Below, in pieces: positions 28,844 through 38,600 of a stretch of DNA of 64,000 bases; the stretch's first letter is position 1; the number at the start of each line of letters is the position of its first letter. Position numbers and translations under genes: made by a program. This DNA is from an uncultured Bacilli bacterium. Lineage in GTDB: Bacteria > Bacillota_I > Bacilli_A > RF39 > UBA660. The notes beneath the pieces are model-generated. The model did not search any database, had not been told where the DNA came from, and saw only the letters and a list, made by a program, of their open reading frames with translations. The stretch lies in contig CAKOTU010000001.1 in assembly GCA_934120265.1 (NCBI GenBank), positions 69,395-133,394 on the forward strand, given 5' to 3'.

Positions 28844-30540
28844 TGGATATTTTAGAAAATATAATTACTAATGTTACAAATGATTTAGGATATACAGTTG
28901 ATAACATGACAGTTATTAAATCTAATCGACCTGATTTATGTGACTATCAATGTGATCAAGTCTTCAAACTAGCTAAGCAGTATCACAAAAATCTTATGGA
29001 AATAGGAGAAGAAATCACAAGTAAGATAAATGAACTAGAAAATTTTAGTGATTACTTTGAAAAAGTGGAGTTTGTACGACCTGGTTTTATTAATATTACT
29101 TTAAGTAATAAGTTTATTAATAATAAAATAAAGAACATGTATAATAATCCTAAGTTTGATATAAAATTACCTAGTCTTAAAGAAACATACTTCATGGATT
29201 ATGGTGGACCTAATGTTGCTAAACCACTTCATGTTGGACATATGAGAACAGCAATTGTTGGAGAAGCAATAAAAAGAATAATTAATTATTTTGGTCATAA
29301 AACTATAAGTGATGTTCATTTAGGTGATTATGGGCTTCAAATTGGTGAAGTTATATATGGTATTAAAGAGAAAAATATGAATATTAATGATTTAACAATT
29401 AAAGATTTAGATCATATATATCCAGAAATGAGTAAAAGATGTAAAGAAGATGAAACTTTAAAAGAAGAGTGTGCTAGTATAACTAAAGATTTACAAGATG
29501 GAAATAAAGAATATTATGAATATTTTAAAAAGATATGTGAAGTATCTGTAAGTGATATAAAAAATATTTATAACTACCTAGATGTACATTTTGATCTATG
29601 GTTAGGAGAAAGTGATTCTTATCCTTATATACCTAAGGTTGAACAATTACTCGATAGTAAACATTTATTAGAATCTAGCGAAGGTGCTAGAGTAGTATAT
29701 GTTAATAGAGATGATGATAAAGTTGAAATTCCACCACTTCTATTTAAGAAAGCAAATGGTGGTTATATGTATCCAGCTACTGATTTAGCATCAATATATC
29801 AAAGAATAGAAGACTATAATCCAGATCATATTCTATATGTTGTTGATAATAGACAAGCACTTCATTTTGAACAAGTATTTAGAACTTGTCAGTTATCTGG
29901 GTTAATAGATGAGTCCAAGTTGGAGCACTTAGGCTATGGTACTGTAAATGGTCTTGATGGTAAACCTTATAAGACAAGAAGTGGAGATACACCTAAGTTA
30001 CAAAATCTATTTGAACAAGTTAAAGAGATATTTGAAAACGCTAAAGAAGAAAATAAAAATAAGAGTGAAAGTGATAAAAATATTATTGTTAATTCCATTT
30101 TAAAATTTGCAGACTTACAAAACAGTCGCGAAAGAGATTATATTTTTGATATTGAAAAATTTAGTGGTTTAGTTGGTAAAACCGGACCATACATTTTATA
30201 CACATATGTAAGAATAAATAAAATACTTGAAAAATTTACAAATGATGTTAATAATTTAACAGATAATATATATAATAATTATGATCGTGATTTAAGAGTT
30301 AAGTTGTTAGATTTAGAATATGAACTTAATTTAGCTTTTGAAAATCGTAAACCTAATTATTTGGTTGATTATATTTATGATTTATGCGTTTTAGTAAATG
30401 CATTTTATCAAAACAATCATATAATTAATTTGGATGATGAAATAAAAAGAAATGATTGGATTTCTGTATTAAAATTATCTAACAAAATTATAAAAGAAAT
30501 GCTAAATTTATTAGCAATAGAAATTCCTACAGAAATGTAG
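28843..30540 (+). CDS. argS: Arginine--tRNA ligase
   Basis: Class I HIGH-region variant PNVAKPLHVGHMR. 565 aa. C-terminal anticodon-binding domain ending ...IPTEM. GTG start overlaps the upstream stop. Confidence 0.93.
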   Translation: MDILENIITNVTNDLGYTVDNMTVIKSNRPDLCDYQCDQVFKLAKQYHKNLMEIGEEITSKINELENFSDYFEKVEFVRPGFINITLSNKFINNKIKNMYNNPKFDIKLPSLKETYFMDYGGPNVAKPLHVGHMRTAIVGEAIKRIINYFGHKTISDVHLGDYGLQIGEVIYGIKEKNMNINDLTIKDLDHIYPEMSKRCKEDETLKEECASITKDLQDGNKEYYEYFKKICEVSVSDIKNIYNYLDVHFDLWLGESDSYPYIPKVEQLLDSKHLLESSEGARVVYVNRDDDKVEIPPLLFKKANGGYMYPATDLASIYQRIEDYNPDHILYVVDNRQALHFEQVFRTCQLSGLIDESKLEHLGYGTVNGLDGKPYKTRSGDTPKLQNLFEQVKEIFENAKEENKNKSESDKNIIVNSILKFADLQNSRERDYIFDIEKFSGLVGKTGPYILYTYVRINKILEKFTNDVNNLTDNIYNNYDRDLRVKLLDLEYELNLAFENRKPNYLVDYIYDLCVLVNAFYQNNHIINLDDEIKRNDWISVLKLSNKIIKEMLNLLAIEIPTEM

Positions 30541-30556
30541 TAAGTGGAGGTTATTT

Positions 30557-31006
30557 ATGAAATTAAAGAATATGAGTCAAGAAGAATTACAATTGTTATC
30601 TTATACAGATTTAACTTATAAAATTTTAAAGGAAGAAAAGAAAACTTTAAATACACCTGCTATTTTTAGAAAAATATGTGATTTACTTGGATATTCTGAT
30701 GAAGAATATGCGGAAAAAATTGGTGATTACTATACATCTCTTACTATTGATAAAAGATTTGTTATGTTAGAAAATGGTGAATGGGATATTAGAGATAATC
30801 ATGTATTAAATATTTCTTTAGAGGACGATGACGAAGAAGAATTAGAATCTGAAGAGGAAGAAGAAACAGAAGATGATGAAAATATAGAAGAAGATGAAGA
30901 AGATATCGATAGCGTTATTGATGATGATGAGTTAGATGATGACGTTGATGATGATATTGACGATTTAGCTGTTTTAGATGAAGAAGAAATTGGAGAAGAA
31001 GAATAA
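30557..31006 (+). CDS. rpoE: DNA-directed RNA polymerase delta subunit
   Basis: HARE-HTH-like N-terminus (LSYTDLTYKILKEEKKTLNTPAIF) plus a long D/E-only tail. Confidence 0.85.
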   Translation: MKLKNMSQEELQLLSYTDLTYKILKEEKKTLNTPAIFRKICDLLGYSDEEYAEKIGDYYTSLTIDKRFVMLENGEWDIRDNHVLNISLEDDDEEELESEEEEETEDDENIEEDEEDIDSVIDDDELDDDVDDDIDDLAVLDEEEIGEEE

Positions 31007-31105
31007 CTTCTCTTTTTTTGTAAAGAAATATTAGAATTTTATAAAAAAAATTGACAATTATTCTTGGTTAAAGATATAATCTAAATATAGAATAGGAGTG
31101 AAATA

Positions 31106-31867
31106 ATGGAAGAAAAAAGAAGTAGTACGGGAATGACAGTTTTAATTACAGTTTTAGTTATGTTGGTGTTAGGTTTAGGAGGATTTATTATTTACGATAA
31201 AGTGTTAAATAAAAAAGATGAACCACAAATTAAAGAAGATAATAAAGTAGAAGACAAGGATAATAATACGACTGTAGAAGAAGAACCAAAAGTTAAAAAT
31301 TTGAGTAATGATGAAAAAGTAAAATATAATAAGGAATTAGATAAAGTGTGGTTCTCATTATATAGATTATTACCTAGTTCATTAGAAAATTTAAAAAGTG
31401 GAGATGCTTTAATTTCTACAAAACAAAATAAAATAGAGTTTTTATTAGAATTAATATCAAGAGATGATTCTATTGATAAAAAGACAGATGCTCGTGGAAC
31501 TGGTAGCCTTGATGTTAAATTATCTGATTTTACAGCAAAATATAAAGAAGTATTTAATGAAGATATAACAGAAAGTGATATTTCTAAAAAATATACAATA
31601 AAAAATGGAACTGTATATGGAACATACTATACTGGATTTGAAAAATCTTTTGCTCTTAAAGCAGAAAAGGTAACTAAACTCGATAATGGAAACTATCAAT
31701 TAGAAACAACTTTTGCCACACTTGATAGTGATGTAGAAGCATTTGCTGAATGTTCTGATGCAAGTAAAGCAACATGTCCAGCAAGTGTAAAAAGTGGAAA
31801 ATTATTATTTGAATATGGTAAAAAAGATAACGCCAATTATTTAGTAAGTATTACTTTTGAAAAATAG
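31106..31867 (+). CDS. Hypothetical N-terminally anchored extracytoplasmic protein
   Basis: TTGACA/TATAAT promoter upstream, AGGAGTG RBS, single N-terminal TM. No family recognised. Confidence 0.45.
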   Translation: MEEKRSSTGMTVLITVLVMLVLGLGGFIIYDKVLNKKDEPQIKEDNKVEDKDNNTTVEEEPKVKNLSNDEKVKYNKELDKVWFSLYRLLPSSLENLKSGDALISTKQNKIEFLLELISRDDSIDKKTDARGTGSLDVKLSDFTAKYKEVFNEDITESDISKKYTIKNGTVYGTYYTGFEKSFALKAEKVTKLDNGNYQLETTFATLDSDVEAFAECSDASKATCPASVKSGKLLFEYGKKDNANYLVSITFEK

Positions 31868-31941
31868 ACACAAATGTGTCTTTTTGTTTGCTTTCATAAA
31901 TAAAATATAGTATAATCTTTGTAGTCGAGAGGATGATTATT

Positions 31942-32997
31942 GTGATAGAAAGATTAGAAGCAATAGAAAAAAGATATAATGAACTAAGTGAACTTTTAAT
32001 GAGTCAAGAAGTAATTTCAGATATTAAAAAAACTTTAGAGTTAACAAAAGAACAAGCTTCTTTGAAAGAAGGATATGAAATATATAATAAATATAAACAA
32101 ATATTATCTGATATTGAAGCGGCAAAAGAAATGACTAAAGATCCTGATATGGCAGAGTTTGCTCGTGAAGAGTTAGAAAGTTTAAACGCTGAAAAAGAAA
32201 AAACAGAAAAAGATATAGAAATAATATTACTTCCAAAAGACCCTAATGATGGAAAGAATGTTATTGTTGAGATTCGTGGAGCAGCCGGTGGAGATGAGGC
32301 CAATATTTTTGCTGGTGATTTATATAGAATGTATTGTCGTTATGCTGAAAAACAAGGATGGAAAACAGAAGTATTAGACAGTGAAGATTGTGCTGCAGGT
32401 GGTTTTTCACAAATAGAATTTATGATTAAAGGTGACAATGTATATTCTAAATTAAAATATGAGAGTGGTGCACACCGTGTACAACGTGTTCCAGTAACAG
32501 AAGCCAATGGTAGAATTCAAACTTCTACTGCAACAGTTTTAGTTATGCCAGAAGCAGAAGAATTAGATTTTGATCTTGATATGTCAGAAGTAAGAATAGA
32601 TATTACAAGATCATCTGGATGTGGAGGACAAGGAGTTAATACTACAGATTCTGCCGTTCGTTTAACTCACATACCTACAGGTATAATTGTTTATTCACAA
32701 ACAGAAAGAAGTCAAATTAAAAATAAGGAAAAAGCTATTCAAATCTTAAAGACTCGTTTATATGATTTAAAATTAAGAGAAAAAGAAGAAGCTGAAGGTG
32801 CTGAAAGAAGAAGTAAAATTGGTACTGGTGATAGATCAGAAAAAATTAGAACATATAATTATCCACAAAATCGTGTAACTGATCATAGAATTGGTTTCAC
32901 AACAAAACAATTAGATCGTGTTATGGATGGAGCGTTAGATGAGATAATTGAGGCTTTAATCACTGAAGACCAAAACCGTAAATTACGTGGTGAATAA
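31942..32997 (+). CDS. prfA: Peptide chain release factor 1
   Basis: [13 protein letters not shown] (PxT-type tripeptide PVT at the PAT position) and [16 protein letters not shown] (GGQ). GTG start after GAGAGGA. Confidence 0.95.
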   Translation: MIERLEAIEKRYNELSELLMSQEVISDIKKTLELTKEQASLKEGYEIYNKYKQILSDIEAAKEMTKDPDMAEFAREELESLNAEKEKTEKDIEIILLPKDPNDGKNVIVEIRGAAGGDEANIFAGDLYRMYCRYAEKQGWKTEVLDSEDCAAGGFSQIEFMIKGDNVYSKLKYESGAHRVQRVPVTEANGRIQTSTATVLVMPEAEELDFDLDMSEVRIDITRSSGCGGQGVNTTDSAVRLTHIPTGIIVYSQTERSQIKNKEKAIQILKTRLYDLKLREKEEAEGAERRSKIGTGDRSEKIRTYNYPQNRVTDHRIGFTTKQLDRVMDGALDEIIEALITEDQNRKLRGE

Positions 32998-33053
32998 TCT
33001 TTATAAAAAAATGTATTTAGTGAAAAAAATTCATAGAATAAAAAGGTGATTAG

Positions 33054-33779
33054 ATGACTGATATTGAATATTTAAAAAAGTATTTGACTGAGGATAAATT
33101 AGAAGCTGGATTAAAGAGGTTAGAAAAAGGAGAACCGGTTCAATATATAGTTGGTAATGTTGATTTTTATGGTTTAATATTTAATGTTAATCCATGTGTG
33201 TTAATACCCCGTTTTGAAACAGAAGAGTTAGTATCAAAAACAATTGATTATATTAAAAAATTTTTTAACTATCCAATTAATTGTGTAGATTTAGGAACAG
33301 GTAGTGGTTGTATTGCTATCACTTTAAAAAATAAAATAGGTGAAAATATAACTATGGATGCTGTAGATATATCTGGTGATGCTTTAAGAGTTGCACAAGA
33401 AAATGCATCTAATAATAATGCGGATATTACATTTTATCATGGAGATATGTTAGAACCTCTAAATAAAAAATATGATGTTATTATAAGTAATCCACCATAT
33501 ATTCGTAAAGATGAAGAAATTATGAATATAGTTAAAGATAATGAACCTAATATTGCTTTATATGCCGAAAATGAAGGACTTGCTAACTATGAAAAAATAC
33601 TATCTAATGCTAGCAATTATTTAAAAGAAAGAAGTATGATTGCTTTTGAAATTGGTTGGTGGCAAGCAGATAAAATTACTGAAATAGTTAAAAAGTATTT
33701 TCCTAACAGTATGATTAGTGTAGAAAAAGATATGCAAGAAAGAGATCGCTTTATATTTATATTTAATAATCAAGAGTAA
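33054..33779 (+). CDS. prmC: Release factor glutamine N5-methyltransferase
   Basis: DLGTGSGCIAI SAM motif and IISNPPYI. prfA-prmC synteny. Confidence 0.9.
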   Translation: MTDIEYLKKYLTEDKLEAGLKRLEKGEPVQYIVGNVDFYGLIFNVNPCVLIPRFETEELVSKTIDYIKKFFNYPINCVDLGTGSGCIAITLKNKIGENITMDAVDISGDALRVAQENASNNNADITFYHGDMLEPLNKKYDVIISNPPYIRKDEEIMNIVKDNEPNIALYAENEGLANYEKILSNASNYLKERSMIAFEIGWWQADKITEIVKKYFPNSMISVEKDMQERDRFIFIFNNQE

Positions 33780-33810
33780 AGAGATTTAATTCTCTTTTTT
33801 TTTATAATTA

Positions 33811-34004
33811 TTGACAGCAAAGAATACTAAATTGTATAATAAGAACAGTAAAGGTAGTGATAGTATGGTTAAAGAGATAAGTATAAAACTAGCTCAAAAC
33901 CCAACCTGGGGGGGGGGTATATTTAATCATACTATAATATTAAATAAAAAAGAAAACACAAAGCTTCTAGACTTTCGATAGTCTAGATTTCTTTGTGTTT
34001 TTTG
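33811..34004 (+). promoter_or_regulatory. Promoter plus structured leader RNA plus intrinsic terminator (copy A), candidate riboswitch/attenuator
   Basis: TTGACA (33811), 18-nt spacer, TATAAT (33835). 14-bp helix 33860-33873/33922-33935 encloses ~48 nt including G10 (33908-33917). Two-tier terminator 33953-34004. Near-identical copy at 53609-53799. Confidence 0.55.
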
Positions 34005-34133
34005 TGTACACCTTTATAAGAAGAGAGTTGTTTTAAAAATACATAAACGCATTAAAAATATGTATTATGACTAGATGTTTATAAGAATTGAAAAAGGGTA
34101 TAATTAAAATATAAGTAATGTAGGAGGAAAAAA

Positions 34134-35552
34134 ATGAAAAAGGAAGGATTTACTTTAATAGAATTATTAGCGGTAATAGTAGTATTAGCAATAATAGCAT
34201 TAATAGCAACACCAATAGTGATGAATACAATAAATAGTGTAAAGAAAGGTGCGGCTGAGAGAAGCGCAGAGAATTATATAAGGGCGGTAGGACTAGCCAT
34301 ATCTACTTCAGAAATTAATAAAAAACCAGTTTCTGATGGAAAATATTCTATTGGCAATGATGGCAATTTAATAGGAACAAATTTACCGGATGGTAAATTA
34401 GAAATAGATACAAATGGAAATAAGCCAACAGGAGGAACCATAGTAATAAAAGATGGACGAGTAACAACAGAATCAATAATATCAATTGGAGAATATGAGG
34501 TTTCATACAATGAAGAAATTAAAAGATATGAAGCAATAAAGTTAGAAACATACTCAATAAAGTATAATTTAACAAATGTGATTGGGGATAGTAGCAATGT
34601 AACAATCATATCAACAAAAGATGTTAAAACATTAAAGTTTAATCCTGCTTCGGGATACGTATTACCAGATAATGTGACAGTAAATGGGGCAACAAGTGTA
34701 TGGGATAAAGAAACAGGAACATTGATATTATCAAAAGCAACTGGAAATGTAACTGTTATTGTGAATGGTTCTAAAATATATTCAAATGGAGATGAAGTAT
34801 ATTTTAATGTAACAACAGGAACAAAGTGTTCATCATCCGATTACACGGAAACACAAAGTAATACAGGAGTAAAAGAAGGATGTATGAAGTTTTATGCTTT
34901 TAATGATGATGGAAAAGATAAAGTAAATCTTTTGTTAGACCATAATACAACTGCAACAGTAGCGTGGTTATCTAAATCAGATTATGTAGAAGCAGGAGGA
35001 ACAGAAAGTGATTATGGAAGTGAAGGAAAGAATGATAAAGGACCATTAACAACATTAAAGCAATTAAACAGTGATACAGCAACATGGAAAGGAACGGAAA
35101 CTCCTATAAATTATATAATGGACCAAACAGGCCAATCAAGTAATGCAAAATACACAATAGATTATAATGGGTATAAGGCAAGATTAATAACAACAAAGGA
35201 AGTAGCTCAAATTACAGGAAATACAACATGGGATGAGAAGACTGCCGGTAATAGATTTTACTTTGATACAAATTCAACTTCTTCAAGTGCAACATGTATA
35301 AGTGGAAATACAAGTGGATGTTCATATGGATGGCTTTACGATAGAACAAAAATGAATTGTAAGGCATATGGTTGTTTAAATAATTCAGATAAAGAAACTA
35401 ACGGCTATTGGGCTGCATCTTCACGTGCTGCAAATCCTTATCGAGCTTGGAATGTGTACTGCTTAGCTAGTATAAACTATAACACTGTTAGTAGCACAAG
35501 TACATATGGTGTTCGCCCGGTTATAGAAGTACTAAGATCAAAACTAAATTAA
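34134..35552 (+). CDS. Prepilin-type protein, shared N-terminal module plus Ig-like linker plus large Cys-rich C-terminal domain ending GVRPV
   Basis: MKKEG/FTLIELLAVIVVLAIIALIATPIV. Residues 1-135 are paralogous to 6408 and 53848. C-terminus has ARLITTKEVAQI...GYWAASS...AWNV...YGVRPVIEV. AGGAGG RBS. Confidence 0.75.
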   Translation: MKKEGFTLIELLAVIVVLAIIALIATPIVMNTINSVKKGAAERSAENYIRAVGLAISTSEINKKPVSDGKYSIGNDGNLIGTNLPDGKLEIDTNGNKPTGGTIVIKDGRVTTESIISIGEYEVSYNEEIKRYEAIKLETYSIKYNLTNVIGDSSNVTIISTKDVKTLKFNPASGYVLPDNVTVNGATSVWDKETGTLILSKATGNVTVIVNGSKIYSNGDEVYFNVTTGTKCSSSDYTETQSNTGVKEGCMKFYAFNDDGKDKVNLLLDHNTTATVAWLSKSDYVEAGGTESDYGSEGKNDKGPLTTLKQLNSDTATWKGTETPINYIMDQTGQSSNAKYTIDYNGYKARLITTKEVAQITGNTTWDEKTAGNRFYFDTNSTSSSATCISGNTSGCSYGWLYDRTKMNCKAYGCLNNSDKETNGYWAASSRAANPYRAWNVYCLASINYNTVSSTSTYGVRPVIEVLRSKLN

Positions 35553-35558
35553 AACATA

Positions 35559-35589
35559 AAATCATGAATGAAAAAATTCATGATTTTTT
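35559..35589 (+). terminator. Intrinsic terminator
   Basis: AAATCATGAAT...ATTCATGATTT hairpin plus TTTT. Confidence 0.7.
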
Positions 35590-35657
35590 AATGAAATATA
35601 TTAAATAAATATTATAAATATGTTAAAATAATTAGTAGTAGACTTAGGGGGCGTAGT

Positions 35658-38600
35658 ATGGAAGAAAAGTTAAATATTCTTTTAAATCAGATAAAGTTTG
35701 ATGATTTAAATAAATCATCTTTTAATGGTGGAAAAATAGAACAAATAAAAGGTAACAGAAACCATGATAGTTATTGTTTTTATATTGAACTAGAGAGTCC
35801 TCTAAGTATTGACGCTTATCTTGAATTCAAGGAAAAACTACCTCTAGGTTTCCCTACAGTAAAGAATGTCAGTTTTAAATTTAATTTAAAAAATTATACT
35901 GTGGATAATATTAAAGAATATATTAATTTGTTCATGGATGAATATACTAAAGAAAACCCCTTGCTTTCAATGTTTAAAGATAATAAATGTGAAATAGATA
36001 ATGATAGTATTATATTTGAAGTAGGTAACCTTGCGGAAAAAATGAAATTAAGCAGTCTTTCTTCTAAGTTATTAGAAGATTTAGAGAATATTGGTTTTAA
36101 AGATCTAGATGTAATGATTAATATTAATGCGGAAATAAATAGTAGTATTAATGAAGAAATCAAAGAGAGTTTGAAAGTAGAAATAAAAGAAGAACCTAAA
36201 AAAGAAACAGTAAAGAATGATAAACCAATTTATAACCGTTCTAGCAAAAAATCAGATGATCCTAATGCTATATTAGGAAGAGTAATTGATGGTAAAGTGT
36301 CAACAATTAATACAATTTTTTCAGAAGAAGATAATGTTACAGTTGATGCTTATGTATTTGGTGTAGATTACTTTGAATCATCTAAATCAGATTTTAGAAT
36401 TATTACTTTAAAAATCACTGATAATACAGATAGTATGTACTGCAAAGTTTTTGTTAGAGGAGATAGTGAGTATTCGACTTTAAAGAAAGCTTTAGGTGTT
36501 GGTAGTTGGTTAAAAATTAGAGGTTACACTAAAAACGATACTTTTTCTAAAGAACTTGTATTAAATGCTAGGGATATAAATAAATTAGATAAAAAAGTAG
36601 AAAAAATAGAAGACAAGGCAGAAGTAAAAAGGGTTGAACTTCATGCTCACACGATGATGAGTCAAATGGATGGGTTAACAAAAATAGATTTAGGTAAGCA
36701 TACTTGTGAACTTGTTAGCCGTGCTATAGATATGGGATATCGTGGTGTTGCTATTACAGATCATAATGGATGTCAAGCTTTTCCAATAGCTTATGGAATA
36801 ATTAATTCATATAATAAAAAACAAGAAGATCCAAGTAAAAAATTTAAAGGTTTATATGGTACGGAGTTAACACTTGTTGACGATACTATCAATATTGTTG
36901 TAAGACCTACTGACCTTCCTTTAGAAGGAACAACTTTTGTTGTATTTGATACAGAAACAACTGGATTTAATGCGGCTGGTGGAGATCAGATGATTGAAAT
37001 TGGTGCCGTTAAAATACGCGATGGAAATATAATTGATAGATTTGATGAATTAATTGATCCAGGGTGCCATATTCCTGATAAAATTACTAATTTAACATAT
37101 ATTACTGATGAAATGGTAAAAGGTAAAGATAATGAAGAAACAGTCACTCGTAAATTTTTAGAGTGGACTGGAGATCTTCCTATGGTAGCGCACAATGCTA
37201 AATTTGATATTTCTTTTATTGAAATGGCAATGAAAAAATATAATTTAGGTGAATTTAAAAATACCGTAGTAGATACATTACAACTTTCAAGAGCTATAGA
37301 CCAAGGATATGCTCGTCATGGATTATCGGCTTTAGTTAAACGTTATAATGTACCTTGGGATGAAGATGCTCACCACCGTGCAGATTATGATGCCGAAGGA
37401 ACAGCTCTTGTTTATGATAAAATGATGAAAAAATTAATTGCTCAAAACTATGAAAAAATCAGTGATTTAGAAAGATTAATTTCTAAAGATGAAATTCATA
37501 AATTTGGACGTACTTACCATTTTAATGCCATTGCTGTAAATAAAAAGGGATTAAAGAATTTATTCAAAATAATATCTTTAGCTAATACTGTATATCTTTA
37601 TAAAACACCACGTATCTTACGTAGTAAGTTAGAAGAGTTAAGAGAAGGATTACTTATTGGTAGTGGATGTTATGAATCAGAGGTATTTATAGAGGCTAGA
37701 AGTAAAGAGGGACAAGAACTTACGAATATTATTAACTTCTATGATTATGTTGAGGTTCAACCACCAGAAGTATATAATCACTTAATTCAAAGTAGTGATT
37801 TTAAAGATGAAATTGAACTTGAAAATCATATCAAAAAAATTGTGGATGCTGTTAAAGACGCTGGTAAGATTATGGTTGCCACGGGGGATGTACATCACTT
37901 TACACGTGAAGATAAAATTTACCGTGAAATAATTGTCAACCAAAAAGTACCAGGGGGAGGAAGACATCCGCTTGCTCGTAACAATATTACTAACATTCCA
38001 TCTCAACACTTTAGAACAACAGAAGAAATGCTTAGTGATTTTAGTTTCTTAGATAAAGATTTAGCGTATGAAATAGTTGTTACTAACACTAATAAAATAT
38101 TAGATATGGTTGAAGAAATAGAGGTTATTATTGATACAAATGGAATACCATTCTCACCTCGTGTAAAAAGTGATGATGGAAAATCTTATTTAGACTGTCC
38201 TCGTGTTGTTACAGACTTAGTATTTGAAAAAGCTGCTGATTGGTATGGTGAAAACTTACCATACAACATTGAAGAACGAATTGCTAAAGAGTTATATGGT
38301 GATATTGTTTATAAGTGTTTTAGTGATAGAATAAAAGAAGCTAATCCTAGTATTAGTGATGAAGAATTTAATAAAGAAGTATTTGGTAAAGTACATGAAA
38401 CAATAGTTTCAGGTTTTGATAAAGTAAAAGAAGTGTTATCTAGTTATCTTAAAGATAAATGGACAGAAGAAGATGGAGAATTAACTGATGAAGCTTTAAA
38501 TAAAAAACTAAAGAAAGAACTTGGAGGTATTATTGGTGGTGGATTTGATCCAATATACTTAATTGCTCAACGTTTAGTTAAACACTCTAATGATGATGGT

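Noticed and set aside
30830-31003. GAA/GAT-rich repetitive stretch that looked like a tandem repeat.
   Set aside because: It encodes the poly-acidic C-terminal tail that is a normal feature of the RNA polymerase delta subunit (RpoE).
33865-33981. 38-codon ORF (MVKEISIKLAQNPTWGGGIF...) inside leader copy A, considered as a leader peptide or small protein.
   Set aside because: In copy B the same ATG gives a 22-codon ORF. After the G-run the frame shifts because of a 4-nt length difference, so the peptide is not conserved. There is no RBS. The conservation pattern fits RNA structure instead.
33811-34004. Considered that the duplicated ~190-nt element (also at 53609-53799) is a MITE, an IS remnant or an identifiable c-di-GMP-II riboswitch.
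   Set aside because: It has no terminal inverted repeats, target-site duplications or transposase. It occurs only as the 5' region of paralogous genes. I could not find the conserved c-di-GMP-I or c-di-GMP-II core nucleotides I remember, so I do not assign a ligand class.
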